This document shows, piece after piece, positions 28,369 through 42,321 of a stretch of 64,000 nt of DNA (the stretch's first letter is position 1; each line of letters begins with the position of its first letter). The notes beneath the pieces were generated by a model. The model saw only the letters and a program-made list of their open reading frames with translations. It was not told the DNA's origin and did not search any database. Origin of the DNA: Adineta vaga (lineage: Eukaryota > Animalia > Rotifera); assembly GCA_021613535.1 (NCBI GenBank), contig CP075497.1, forward strand, positions 8,990,001 through 9,054,000, given 5' to 3'. The position numbers were made by a program, and so were the translations under genes.

Positions 28369-30059
28369 ATCGAAAAAATTAATGCGTAGAAATATTTTAT
28401 TTGTCTAAATGCATCGAATATTTCTATCCGATAGATTCGATAATCATCTAAAATATAACCGAATGTACCTATGAATAAGCTATTACTATTCTACTCTGCT
28501 AGAGAAGATCTTTCCTATACGTTTTTTTTTCAGGAAAAGAGAATTCATATTTTTTTTCTAGAACGCGGAAAAGTCGTAGTGATGGTTTCTTATTTCCGAT
28601 ACTTTTGTTATGTTTTTTGCTTTTTTTTCTTTCTCTCTCTCTCTCTCTCTTTTCCTACTCTACTAAGATTTCTAACTTACTCAAGTACGATTTATTTTCT
28701 TTTTACTATTGTGGTATATATTATCCTGTATATGATTTCATTCTTCTCGTAAACATCTGATAATCATATACAAAAAAACAACAATTTGTTTTCATATGTC
28801 TACAGATATAACGATGATTAATTTATGCTAAGAAAACTCTATAGAATACAAACTATTGTATTGATATTATTCTTTCATTCGTCGAAGGATTGGGATTTAT
28901 AATAGACTAAGTCTATCTATCAGCAGGTACATGAAGACTAATACTTTCTACAATGTATATTTTCATTTGAATAGAAAACTCAAGGGTATAGTACGCAATG
29001 AGAAAAAATAAATTAAAGTTAGATATTTTGACTTTGTTCTCACTTTTTTATTCAAGAAAATATAATTAAGATTAGTAAAATAATTCTGAAATACATGCAA
29101 CTAAAAACATGTCAATGTAATTTCTTTCTGAGTATACTTCGTTGTTCTTATTGAATATATTATAAAGAAAATCATATTATCTCAAACGTTGTCAACAATC
29201 TGTCGTTCTACATTAATCAATAGAAGCTCCCGCAAGCGATATCGACTCAGTTAACATCGTGCGTTGGTTAATAAAGACTATATGACTTTATTATTGATCA
29301 TTTTTCTTCTTCTATATAGACACTGATATGATAGAGGTTAACTCATACGAAATAATTGCCATTTCTAACTTTGAAGAGAAATAATAGAAAACGATTATTA
29401 ATTATTTAGAGAAAAGTCAATTGACATTTCTCAGATCAAAGAAATAAATGAAATTTTCTTATTTTTATTTACAGAAAAACGAGAAAAAACTTACGTACGA
29501 CATTACATTTAATACGATTACAAATCGATTTTGAAAAAGAAAACAAAATGTTTTCTCCCAAACGAATATTTGTTTTGATACCTGTATAGGTAGTTATGTT
29601 TTTCGTTAGTATTCATTAATCAATAAGGTTAATTAAGCAACATACTCTACCTAATCGACAAAAGAAAAGAACAGTGAACGAAACGAATTTGTTTTGCTTC
29701 ATCAAAATTCGTTGACAATCCGAAAGAGAGACAGAAAAAAAACGTTTTTTTCTCCGAATACAAAATAAAATGTCATTATTGACATATATTGTCATCTATC
29801 AAGTAAAAGTCAATGATTACGAGATGATAATAGTACAGATATTAAAGCATTGAAGTTGAACTCTTATGACATATTTCGACGATACAGGAATACTAATTAT
29901 TTATTTTAGAAGAACAAATCTTTGATTTATTTCTAGATTTCATACTAAATAAATATTATTTCATATAAGAAAGGTATAAAAAATAGCTTTTTTATAAGAC
30001 ATAACATAAATTTTTTATTGTTTAGCAATTTCTCATCACTACGATTATTAAAAAATTCA

Positions 30060-33000
30060 ATGGCTCATCCACCGTAAGATTTTTCTTTATTTATAATCAA
30101 TCTTCCGTTCTAATCATATTAATATCTATTAGATATAACATAGACGATCTACTTACTCCAAATAGTTCATTAACAAATGTAACAAGTTTACCAAATGGTG
30201 ATACAACGCGTTCATTACTTGTTGGTCATGATGGTTTAACAACAAATATTAATAATACAACTCATACTCTTTCACCATCATCAAGTGTCAACAATGCATT
30301 ACCAACGATTGATCCTTTACATGGTCTATTACTCGGTAATACAACTGCATTTGATGCGGTAACTACTCAACAACCAGAACATTGCACACATATTTCACCA
30401 TCTCAACAACAAGTCTTAACGATTAATTCTACGGCACAAATAAGTGACCTATATCAAATCAAGGGAACTACAGAAAAAGACTCATCATCATCATTACTTA
30501 TTAATGGTAACTATTTGAATGACTTCTAGTGAATAGGAAAATATTTCAATTTCATTTTCAATCAAAACATACCTGTCGTGAGAACTTATTTGTAGAATAG
30601 AAGAGAGAAAGAAAAAAAAACACCGTGTAATTTTCTTTTTCTCTTCAAAATACAACATTTATCGTTGCACGTATATGTGTTCGATTCAGTATTTATAATG
30701 AAAGGGAAAAAAAGAGAAAGAAATCAGGTTTCTTTTTTCTTTCTTGCTCTTGTTCTTCTTCTTTTGCTGCTCTACCTGGAATCCTTATGATTAATGTTTG
30801 CAAAAATTTATAATGAAATCCTAATTTCTTTTTTGTGTTTTGACAAAGAGAAATGTTCGAAATCAATACGTGATATTATAATTCATTTCATAGATATTTC
30901 ACAATCACCATTTGATCAAGATGATAAAGAAGTTGCTGAGAGTATGTCATGTTCATCCAATTATCCGCTTCAATTCGAAGCCAGTAAGTTAGTTTTAAAT
31001 TACATTAATATCTTCTTTGATTTTTTAATTAGTACCGAATGACGAGGATGACAATGAAGATGTAGACGCAGTTTTTATGCCAATTAAATCGAATGATGAT
31101 GATGAACCAGCAAGATTTGTAAAAAAAAACCAGAAGAAAATAATGAAAATTTTTATCTGTTATATTTATAGATAAATGATAATCAAGATCCACTTTTATT
31201 ACCATCGACATATGGAGAGACTTCACTTTGGTCGAAATCACGTCATTCTAATGGTGATAGTCCTATGAAGTAAATGCATTTCTATAGAATGACGTTTCTT
31301 TTTTCTCAAAATCGTTCTTATTTTGTTTTTCTAGAGGATTAAAAACATCAAATCGACAAGTTATAGATGATTTCAGTGATCCGACAGAAACTAGGTAAGG
31401 TTTTGTTTTCTACCATTAATAACTATGTTACGTGAAAATATTTCTTTCATCCAAAAAGTGATAAAGATGATGATTCAACAGCTGATGAAGAGGATCTCTT
31501 ACATTCTCGTATAAAACGACGTACTGGACGATCACCAAATAGTGCTCAAATGCCTTTGAATGTCGATGTAAGTTCAATTCAATCCAATGTACTCTATTGT
31601 ATATGTATTTCCTTAGGCATTGCATGCTATTCGTGAATTGACGCATCAGTTGAATGAATATCGTTCACATGGCACACATTTATCAAGCGAAACTATTCCT
31701 CAAGCAACATTCCAAGCTGATTATGATGATAAACTTGAACGATGTTGTCAACGACTTGAACAATTAACAAATAAAGTTGATCGATTGATTAGTTTTGAAC
31801 AAACAGGTATGATGAAAAAGAAAATAGAATATATATATATTCATTTTAATTCATCAATACAAAATGATCTGATTTTTAGGCGTTGTTTCACGGCCAAATC
31901 GACCAAGTCCTAATGCAGCAACAGTAGATATTCTCACTACAAATGAACCTCAGGTAATTCTAGCCGATGCACATTATGATCGATTAGAAGGAATGCTTGT
32001 CGAAAAAATTGAAACATATGTACAAGGCGGTATGAATATAAATCATCTATCATATAATTAATAATTTATTCTATTAATTTTTTTATTCTAGCAATGAAAG
32101 CAGTATTCGAACCATATCGAGATCTAAAAGATAATTTACATAAAGATTTAACTGCGAAATTATTAGCAACAGATACAGTGATTAAACAAACAATCACACA
32201 GATATTTCGTTCAAAAGTTTGTTAATTATTTTGAAATATTTGATTCTAAAATAAATCTGACTTTTAAATTTATATTAGACAATGATTGATTCATTGAGTC
32301 ATTCTGTAGCTAATGCTATTCAAGCAACAATGATTGCATCATATCGTGATACATTCAATCAAATTGTTATTCCATCATTTGAAAAAGCAGCAACAAATAT
32401 GTTTCAACAAACGAATGATGTTTTTAAACGTGGAACAAAAGAATGTATGTATGAATTTGTTGTTTTTTTTTCAGAAAGCAAACGAAAGTAATTCGAAAAT
32501 TTAGATCTACAAGAAATGATTGAATATGGTCGTCAACAACAACGTTCATTGATTCAACAACGTGAACAAATGATGACTGAGATTCGAAAAGAATCAACAC
32601 AAATATTAAAAGAATTTGAAAAGAAAAATCAAGATTTAACTAGTACACTTAAAAATGAAATTACTCAATATATGACAACAAATTTAACTCCTCTGTAAGA
32701 TTTCTTTGACAAAAAAATCACATCACATATCTTGAAATATTCTCTTCTCTTCGAAATAGAATTCGTGAAACGATTCAAACTATAATTCGTGATGAAATCA
32801 CGGTTATGTTACGTGAATTATTACTTGCTCAAAAGAATGAAATCAATGCTTTGGTTATTCAACATCTTCGACAACAATCAGCTACACCAAAACTTCCGAC
32901 AACAACAATAGCAGCTGCATCGACAACAGTTAGTCGAACAACTACTCCATTACCTACTGTTGCTTCATCGAATCTAACAATAGTAGATACTAAACAACAA

Positions 33001-33505
33001 ACTGTACTAAAACTTGTTCGTTCAGGACAATTAAATCAAGCATTTGAATATGTTCTAACAGCTTCAGATCTCAGTCTTGTTCTTTATCTTTGTGAAAATG
33101 TGCGACCAGCTGAATTATTTTCTCTTCAACCATGTCCATTACAAATTCCTGTTATTCTTTCTTTAATACAACAATTAGCAGCTGATCTAACTACTCATCA
33201 AGAACTGAAATACAGGTAAATTCTTTTCAAAATTTAAGCAAATGTTTTACTCTTCCTTTGTTCTTAGTTATTTATATGAAGCATTGATTTGTCTTGATCT
33301 ATCACATCCAAGTGTACGAGATTATTTATATAATGTCTTAACTGATCTTAATAAAAAATTATATGCATATATACAAACAAATCCAATGACAACAATGGCA
33401 AAACGATTTCAATTACTATATATGGCAAGTCAAGGTTTAGTTCAAAAAATTGTTCAACAACGAGCAACACCTGCTAATCAAATGTTATCATCTACATTAA
33501 AATAG
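30060..33505 (+). CDS. EDC4: Enhancer of mRNA decapping 4 (Ge-1)-like, apparently without the WD40 domain
   Basis: C-terminal helical region VIPSFEKAATNMFQQ, AFEYVLTASDLSLVLYLC, PCPLQIPVILSLIQQLAADL, YLYEALICLD. Upstream exons are low-complexity; start codon inferred. Confidence 0.8.
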
Positions 33506-33723
33506 ATTATAAATGAATTCGAGAAAATGATCGTGTTCAATGAAGAAGATGCGGCGTTCTATTTGTCTTGTTATGTTCTATTGTTTCCTTCTTTCCTTTT
33601 GTATTAGTTTGTTTATATAGACGATTGAATAGATTCTGATATGAAATAAAAATTTCTGATCAAATCAATTTTTTTCTTTGTTCAATTCTATGACAATTCT
33701 ATTTCTTTATTTTTAAGTATAGC

Positions 33724-34850
33724 ATGTCGGAAAGTGATGGACCAAATCTGACACATGATATCGATTGGCCAATGCTTGAGAAAAGTCGTTTTATTCCTTT
33801 AAGTCTTCTATCAACATTTACTGTTCGTTCACTTCTTTATCCTTTTACGCTGGTTCGTACTCGTTTACAAGTTCAAGTACAATCATCAATTTATCAAGGA
33901 ACATGGCATGCATTAACATCAACTGTACGTTATGAAGGTTTTCGTGCGTTATATAAAGGTTTTCTTGTTTATAATGGTCAATTGATACCCGGTTTAATCT
34001 ATATAACAACATTTGAAGCAACGCGTTCACATGCAAATATTTTAACAACAAATGAATATGTACGTGCTGGTGTTGCTGGTTCAATTGCTTCGATGATTGC
34101 TCAAATACTTGCTTGTCCCATAGATATTATTTCTCAACATATGCAATTAGTTGGTTTAACAACAACATCATCAAATCAAAAACATCGTCTGAAAAATGAA
34201 TTATCATCTGTATCGAATAGAAATTCAAATCACCGACAAATTCGTCGCATGCATGTCCCAAAAGAGATTCGAAATAGTAATTATTTAGTATTCAAACATA
34301 TTTGTAATACACTACTCTATGAACACACGTCTGATAATCCGAATAAACAAGCTTGTTTTAGTTTAAAAGGATTCTATCGTGGATATTTTATCTCCACAAT
34401 TCTATTCAGTTTAACTAGTGCTATTTGGTGGCCTTCATATTATTTCTATCAAAAACGATTGCTCGAACTTGAAACGTTATTTTGTAAGAATTTTCTCTTT
34501 CTTTCTCTCTATTCAATTGGCCATTTGTTTGTTTCTTTCTAGCTACTTCGTTTACAGTACCATTACTTATGATTCAGTGTATTGCTGGTCCATTATCTTC
34601 ATTAACATCGACTTTATTAACGAATCCATTGGATGTATGTCGTACTCGAATACAAGTTGAACGAGAACGACGAACAGTAATTCAAATAATGAATGAATTA
34701 TGGCATGAAGAACGTTTGAAAGTATTTACAAAAGGTTTAACAGCTCGTCTTTCACATTCATGTATTTATTCATTGTTTATTATATTCGGTTATGAAACAG
34801 TTAAACGAATATCTTTGAAAGAAGAATATCGAAATCAAATAAGATGGTGA
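33724..34850 (+). CDS. SLC25A44: Mitochondrial carrier SLC25A44-like; 2 exons
   Basis: IDWPMLEKSRF, YPFTLVRTRLQVQ, CPIDIISQHMQ, SAIWWPSY, NPLDVCRTRIQV, KGLTARL, GYETVKRISL. Confidence 0.92.
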
Positions 34851-36066
34851 TTTATTGAAGAAAAAATTCATTCCAATCAAAGATGACTGTCGCATTATGT
34901 ATTCTATTCTTCTCGATCGAAAATGATTGTATATGTGTATTTCGATAATCTAGCAAGTAGGATTATATGGAAAAAGAAATTTTTATTATTATTACTTTTG
35001 TGACAGATTATGACACAATATTGTAAAGTCAAATAAAAAATCAAACTATTTTTGTCTATTTCATAGGCTAGAAATGTTCACGTGACATTAAGGATTAATA
35101 GATCTATTCAAAACATCACCAAACTATCAAAAATAGAATTACACTAAGATATACTTGACATGTAGACTATCGATAATCACGCTAACTTGAAGAATTATAT
35201 GTAGAATGAACTGACAATTGACCAAACTCATTTCATCTAGATAATAATAAACATTCGTGATGAGTAACAGTAAATACTTTACTTCATCGACGTTATTTTT
35301 ATGGCTTTTGACGATTATTGTAGAACAGTTGTGTTAAGATAAATTAGCTTACAAACATTGCTAAAGATCAGAAATTAATGTGTTGCGAATGTATTCTCTT
35401 ATATTTCACTAACAACATAGCATATTTTGGTGCCTTTTGAATTCTGTTGTTTATTTATCATTTGGATAACTTCATTGGATACATATATATACAAATGTCG
35501 ATTAAAAACTTGTCAGATAACATAAACTGTCAGAAAGATTCCAAAGGGCAAAAAAAAGAGAAAAATAAGCAGATCGAGTTGTCTTTCTCTCGAGTGATCA
35601 AAAAACAAAATCGCATAAAAAATGCTGTACTCGTACTGCAACATGATCATGCATATTTGGTATTCAGCAAGTAGTACTATCTAATATTCAAAGACTGAAA
35701 GAGAATGATTGATTTACTAGTTCTTTTTTTTCATCAAACTATTATATTTGTTGATGACATTATGAACCTTGTCGTTTAACAATACATTTTTGAACATGAA
35801 TAAAAGAATAGTTTTCTTTTTTAATTGATAGAATTAATAAAAAGACGAATTTAATTTGTTAGATGATCTGCAAGTGTTGTATGAAAATATAGTTCACACT
35901 AGTTATGATACGTGAAATTAATAAACAGATGAATTTTGCTATTGGAATTATTCTTTTTGTTACGTGTGTCATCAAAAAAGATTATATACATTAGAAAAAA
36001 TTCTATCTTTAACTTCAAATGAACATCACAGTTTATCTCATATAAAACAAAAAAAAATAAGGAAAT

Positions 36067-37228
36067 TCAAGTTGGATTTTCTTCTTCTTCTTCGACATCA
36101 TCATCATCGTTGAGCATCTTTGGTGTTTTTGAATTCAATCCTGATGTTTTTTCTAATAGAAAAACACTTAATTCATCTTCTTCATCACGTCGATGAATAT
36201 CAACAACATATTCTCGTGATTTATTGTTTAATAATTCAACCATTGCATTGTTATCAACATGATCTTTTTGTGATTGTACAGAAGGAAGTAAAGGCGTATT
36301 TGGATAACTAACAGCTGTTGATGGTGATGCTTGTCGACTTCGATAAGTTGTTAATGTAGTAATCGAACGACGAACAGAACCATTTTTACGTCGAGTTAAC
36401 ACACCAATACGACGATTAATAAGTTTCATAGCAATGATCAATAGACTAGTTACTAAAACAAGTAACGCAAGTATTCCAGCAGCTGGAAAACCACGTTTTT
36501 GCATCCATCGTGGAGTTGTCGTATTATATGTAGTTTGAAAGCATGAATAAGTTTGTCTATCTCTAGCACAACTAAATATAAATGTTTTCTCTTCTACACT
36601 TTACTTTTATTTATATACAAAATGAAACTTACCGGCAGGTAACATTTCGTCGGTATCCTCGACATGAGCTACAAACAACAGTCATTGTTATACGTCGATC
36701 AAAACATACAAATCCACATGATTTATCATGTTCACAAACATAAAAACATGAATCAGTCGGAAGATGATTTGTTGATGTTGTAATAACATATGAACTATTC
36801 TCTGTTGAAAGTATCGAAGATACCATTTGACATTGAGAACAACGTTGAATAGCACGTAACGGATGTAAACACCGAGCATCTTCAGTACAATGGTTATGAT
36901 TGACTAGATTAGGTATAAGTTGAGTGATATGTGTCGATGATGGAGAAAATCGTCCTTGACGACATTGCAGAGTAGAATCGTTTGTAGTACATCGAAAAAG
37001 AGATAATTTCGATAGGAATATATCCGACAAAGAGAAATTTCGATAAGATGATTGACAAAAACATAATGGTGAATGTTCACGATCAGAAGGGCATCGAAAA
37101 AATTCACCTAAAGAGAAATTTATAATTTTGAAATTAACGAACAGAAAATAATACTTACCATTAGTACAGTAAGAAATCATCATTATCATCATAAATATAG
37201 CGATGAGAATAAAAGATCCAGCAGGCAT
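36067..37228 (-). CDS. Uncharacterised cysteine-rich type I membrane protein; 3 exons
   Basis: Signal peptide MPAGSFILIAIFMM..., ectodomain with many Cys, TM AAGILALLVLVTSLLIIAM, basic then acidic cytoplasmic tail. Confidence 0.65.
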
Positions 37229-38839
37229 CAATATATTCAAATTTGATTCTAGTCGCACACGTCACTTATATTCAGTCAAAAGATGTACGATTATACAATG
37301 AAAAGAATAGAATTGATGGTAATGGTGACAATGATGCGCCGTCCAAATGTCTTTAGAGAATGAACCAATGACTATTTGTTGTTCTTTTTTTCCAATTTGA
37401 TCATTCTTATCATCATGTTCTCTGAAAAACTCATCAGAAGAAGACACATCGAATGAATAAATAAAAGAGAGAGAGAAGAGAAAAAACTCAAAGAGAGAAA
37501 ACAACAGAGGCAGGCATGCTAATTGTGTCGTGTCTTGGCTATATATATATATATATGATGTTGCTTTCTCTTTCGAATAATATTGACAGAAGATACTTTT
37601 AGATTGTTAGTTACTAGAGAAGAAGTATATCATTACTTGATGAGAAAATAATAAAGAAAAGAAAACGAAGTATTTTTCTTGTTTACAACCGAAGATCAAT
37701 TTGAGTCACTAAGTGAACGTTAGGCTTGATTTCCTTTTCCTTTGTACTTTGTTTGTCTGATAGTTATTCAGTCCATACAGCTATATTGTTACAAGTCTGG
37801 AAGAACATACAATAAACTATAGAATTTGCTTTGTTTTTATTACTCTCAGTCCACCGATAGAGGAACTTTGATTTAGTAATTTCGTCTGTTTTTGCTTTTG
37901 ATAAAAATAATATTCTCTCCGTTAGTATTTTCGCACTCAATGTATAGAAAAATTACATTGATCTATCCTTAGAACGCGTCTGGAATTATAATAACTTTGT
38001 ATATAATATAAATGAGAAAACAAGGATAAAAGAATCGACAATCTACATCGCTTGTCACTAACCATGTCAACTTTATTATCAAATGAAAGAAGCAATAATC
38101 TCATTCAGTACAGATGAAATATTTCTATTTTCTTTCCATGTTATTAACATTTTCGAAATTCTAATGACACATGAGGTGTCACCATCGATGCCTATAATAT
38201 TCGAAATTAGAACACTTTTTCCATATGAAGACTTTCATAACAATATATTAATCTAATCTTCAGTCGTCTTCATGTAGATAAAACTAATAATTCAATTGAG
38301 TCTTTCTTTCAATGATGTCGAATTTCTTCAGAACAATATATATGTCACTTAATTCATTGTTATCAATTATGTAATTACAACGGATATGTTTTAAAGCGGA
38401 AAATGAAATTATAAGTAGTGTTAAAAAGACTATATATAACTGCGATAAGTTTTTTGTCTACCATATAGAAGAAAGTTATTGAAGAATTCATTCAGAAAAA
38501 AACATATTCGTAGTAATGTAATTAATGACAATAAGATATCTCACTTGACAAAATATCTCGACATTAATAATATTCTTTTCTGACAAAACACAATATATAA
38601 GACAATAAATAGTACGAGAAATAAGAAAAAAATAAGACTCATCCAATAGAGGAGAAACATAGTTCAAAGGGACAAACAATCTTATCGATTATCTTAGAGG
38701 GATAAAATTTGTTTTGCAAGAATATTCAGAACTTTTCTTTCGGTTTAATAGTTGAATTTTCCTGAATCTTTTTATTATCGTGAAGATAAATCAAAATCTT
38801 GTCACAAAAATTATTCTCGTAATAGTTTTGTTTATTCAT

Positions 38840-41131
38840 TTAAGCAGATGATTGTGGTCGAACCATGTAATACGGCCAATACAATGCATTGAATAGTAGA
38901 AAAAGGATTGGAAAACATAAACGTGACCATTTATCAATATCATTTACATCTCGCACATGTGGTACACGTCGTCGAAGACTTAATACTCGACTTCGTAAAT
39001 GATTATAAAGACGATCGATTCTCTTTTGACGAATATTTCGATGTAATGATGATGAATATAATCCTGTATGTTCTCTCAAATACGGACGAATACGTGGTGG
39101 TTGATTATCAATAAAATGAGTACTTCGTCGAATGAGACAATTCTCTTCTAATGAACTTGTTGTTAATCGATGATTTGTCATTGTATATGAACGTAAACCA
39201 AGTATTGGTGAAGATCGATCCGCATTTTCACCAACGTGTTCATAATCAGTCTAAAAAGAACCATGAAGAGAAAGGTTTTATTCTTCGAAGAGATGATTAC
39301 ATGAATGTCTTTTTTAGTTTTATTTTCTTGATTGTTTTGTTTTCGTCTTCGTGCTCTCGTTCCCCAATAAAGATAATTGACAGCAGCATATTCCAATAAA
39401 GCAGCAAATACGAAAACAAAACACATAACTAAATAAATATCAATAGCTTTGACGTAGGATATTCGTGGAAGTGATGATCGAACACCCGTTGATATTGTTG
39501 TCATTGTTAAAACAGTTGTAATGCCTTTATAAAAAACCAAATGAATATATTAAATCATTCAAATAATTTATTTTCATTTACCTAAAGCAACACGTGCACT
39601 TGTCGCTTCATGATTGATCCAAAAACTAACCCAAGATAACATAACAATCAGAATTGAAGGAAGATACGTTTGAAATAAAAAATATCCAATATTTCTTTGT
39701 AAAATAAAACTTAATGAAAGTCGTTGATAAACACCTGAAATGACAATCGATTTCTCATCATTTTCGTTGTCTTTTGTCATTTACCTGTTGCTAAATAAAT
39801 TCCATATGAAATCGTATCGAAGCCTGTAATTGTAAATTGTGGTAATTGAACTTTGTCAAGATCTAAGATTGATGCACGTCCATTTTTCCAACGCATGATA
39901 ACATCGGCTTGTGTATAACCGTATGATTCGACTTCAACTGTACAATTTTGTCTATCAAGTGGATATCGTCGTAAGTCCATCATACATGCTAATGTACTTG
40001 AAAATCTCATACCATAAAGAATATCACCATTACCATTTAAACGTATCATTTTGTTTTTTTCTGTGACGTCATGTAAATATGCACTTTTATCATTTGGAAA
40101 AAATGTATCTGGTAACCAAAATTTATCAATAATTTCACCTGTTAATGTTATTTCTTCACTTTTATTGCCAAAAATTAAGCGATCATCACGCCAATATTGA
40201 TTTAAATAGAGTGTTAATGTATAATCCATATTAACTTCGGAAATACTGTCAAAGCTTGCTAAACGAATTTCAATATCTAATAATAATGGTTCACCTAAAT
40301 GCAATATTTTAATTTCAAATAAGAAAAGTTTGTCAAAAATCTATACTTCCGAATGATGGTCGTAGACGAATATCATATTCTTTAAGTAGATCTTCAATTT
40401 GTATTGATGCATTTTTTAAACGACTAGCAGTCATTCGTTGTGAACTTCTAGAGTAATTAATGAATGAATTCAATTTTTATCAATGTATACAACTGACAAG
40501 ATATATGAATAAGCAAAATTCGTTTGTCATAGAATCTGTCAAATCTTATTTGAAGATTCATATAGAAGAAGAACACTTGACTAATTCCGTCTCTATCAAT
40601 TTCGATCACAATGATTATTTTATATTCAATCAGGTATTCCTCATTCAAAACAGATCTGTCTCTTTCTCTCTCTCTCTAGTTCTATTTTCTGAAGGCATAA
40701 GAACAGCAAAAAAAAGGAAGGAACGAGACTATTGACGATTCAATCAAGCATACAATCTCTTCAATCTTCTAACTATTTCTTATTTTTCTTTCTTTCCTGT
40801 TTACTAGATAATTCTAGTTTTCTCTTCATTGACTAGAACATCTGGGATTTCTATACTGAGAAATCACACATTGTACATGATCTACCTCAGTGCACATCAA
40901 TGCATTCTATTTCTTTCTGTTTGAATAATTGATAACAGAAAACAGGAGTATATGAATAGAAACGATGATGATTCTATCAAATTCTCTATTCAATTCTTTT
41001 TGTTATCATTTGTTTTTGTTCGTCTTTTCTTTCTAAAAAGAATTAAATAAATCAAAAACATACCGATGAACGATGAATATATACAATAGTTGAATCATGA
41101 GAATCAATCGTAAATGTTGATAATAGAACAT
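38840..41131 (-). CDS. GABA-A receptor beta-like subunit (LCCH3/GAB-1 type); ~6 exons
   Basis: [113 protein letters not shown]. Confidence 0.93.
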
Positions 41132-42321
41132 AATCGAATAATTAACAACGACGGCATCGGACGAATTTATACAATAACTTTTGACATTGACAGGTAATTT
41201 ATACTGTAAATGTCGAACATTCACATTTGTCGAAATAATTTTATGAATTGAACAAAGTGAACTCAAATTTGAAATAGGAAAAAAAGATTAGCAACAATTC
41301 GAATTATTCTGATATAGATGATGTGATGATTGTCTTGTTATAAAAGTTATTGTTGTTGTTAGTCGAAGTCTCCTAGCTCCACCCAAAGATGACAAGCACA
41401 TTTTCTCTCTCTCTCTTGCTCTTGCTCTTGCTCTTTTTGCTAAAACCAATCCATCGTCTTTCTTTTTTTCTCGTTCTTCTTTGCTTTTTCTTTGTTGCAG
41501 GTTGACATATTTATCAATATTTTTTAGTTTGCCTCTTTCTTTTTTTTTTCGTCGTTTCTCGATCCTTCGAAGACCAAAGAAGAAAAAGATAATCATCCAT
41601 CTTTTCTTCTAATCCAATCTAGTAAATTCGTTCTATCACAATCTCTCTATCCATCTCTTCCGTTCCGACAAGTTTACTTGCAGTTCTTTATTGCTCGATC
41701 ATCGTCGATTGTAGTCCTTTTACGATTATTAATCGAAAAACAACTGACTAGGAATAGATCTGTCTGATTAATAAGATGCTCAAATACCATGATATATAGA
41801 AAATAAACATTGAAGTTCTCCAAATTGATTGTCAATACTCGTATAAAATAAACCCGAATGAAATCATTTAAGCAATTGTAAATCATAATACAGACATCAT
41901 CCGTGATAAGAGATATTAATACGATCGTTTGACTCTGTATTTAATCAACAGCATTGGTTCGTTTTTCAGATTGATTAGAAAAATTTAGTGAAAAGAATTC
42001 GTATAATCATATACATGTATCTTCAACAAATACTATGACTGTATCACCTTTATTCTCGTTGTTTCATATTTAATAAGATAAACAAAAAAAAATGAAATGC
42101 GTGATTAACTTCAAATACATAATTAAAGATGAGAAAAATGAGCAAGACACTAGAAAGAAAAGGCCGAACTGTGACATGCAGAGCAAGTTGAAATAAATAT
42201 TTCGAAAAAGCAGAGATTTCGTTTGATGAGAGACTATTTCTAAATGTATGTATACATATATATATATATATGAGAGAAAAGCGCAGAAGAAGTTCTGATT
42301 GTCTCCTTGAAAACTTTATCA

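Noticed and set aside
35072-35088. Near-palindromic TCACGTGAC (CLEAR/E-box-like)
   Set aside because: It lies between two convergent 3' ends, not at the promoter of a lysosomal gene.
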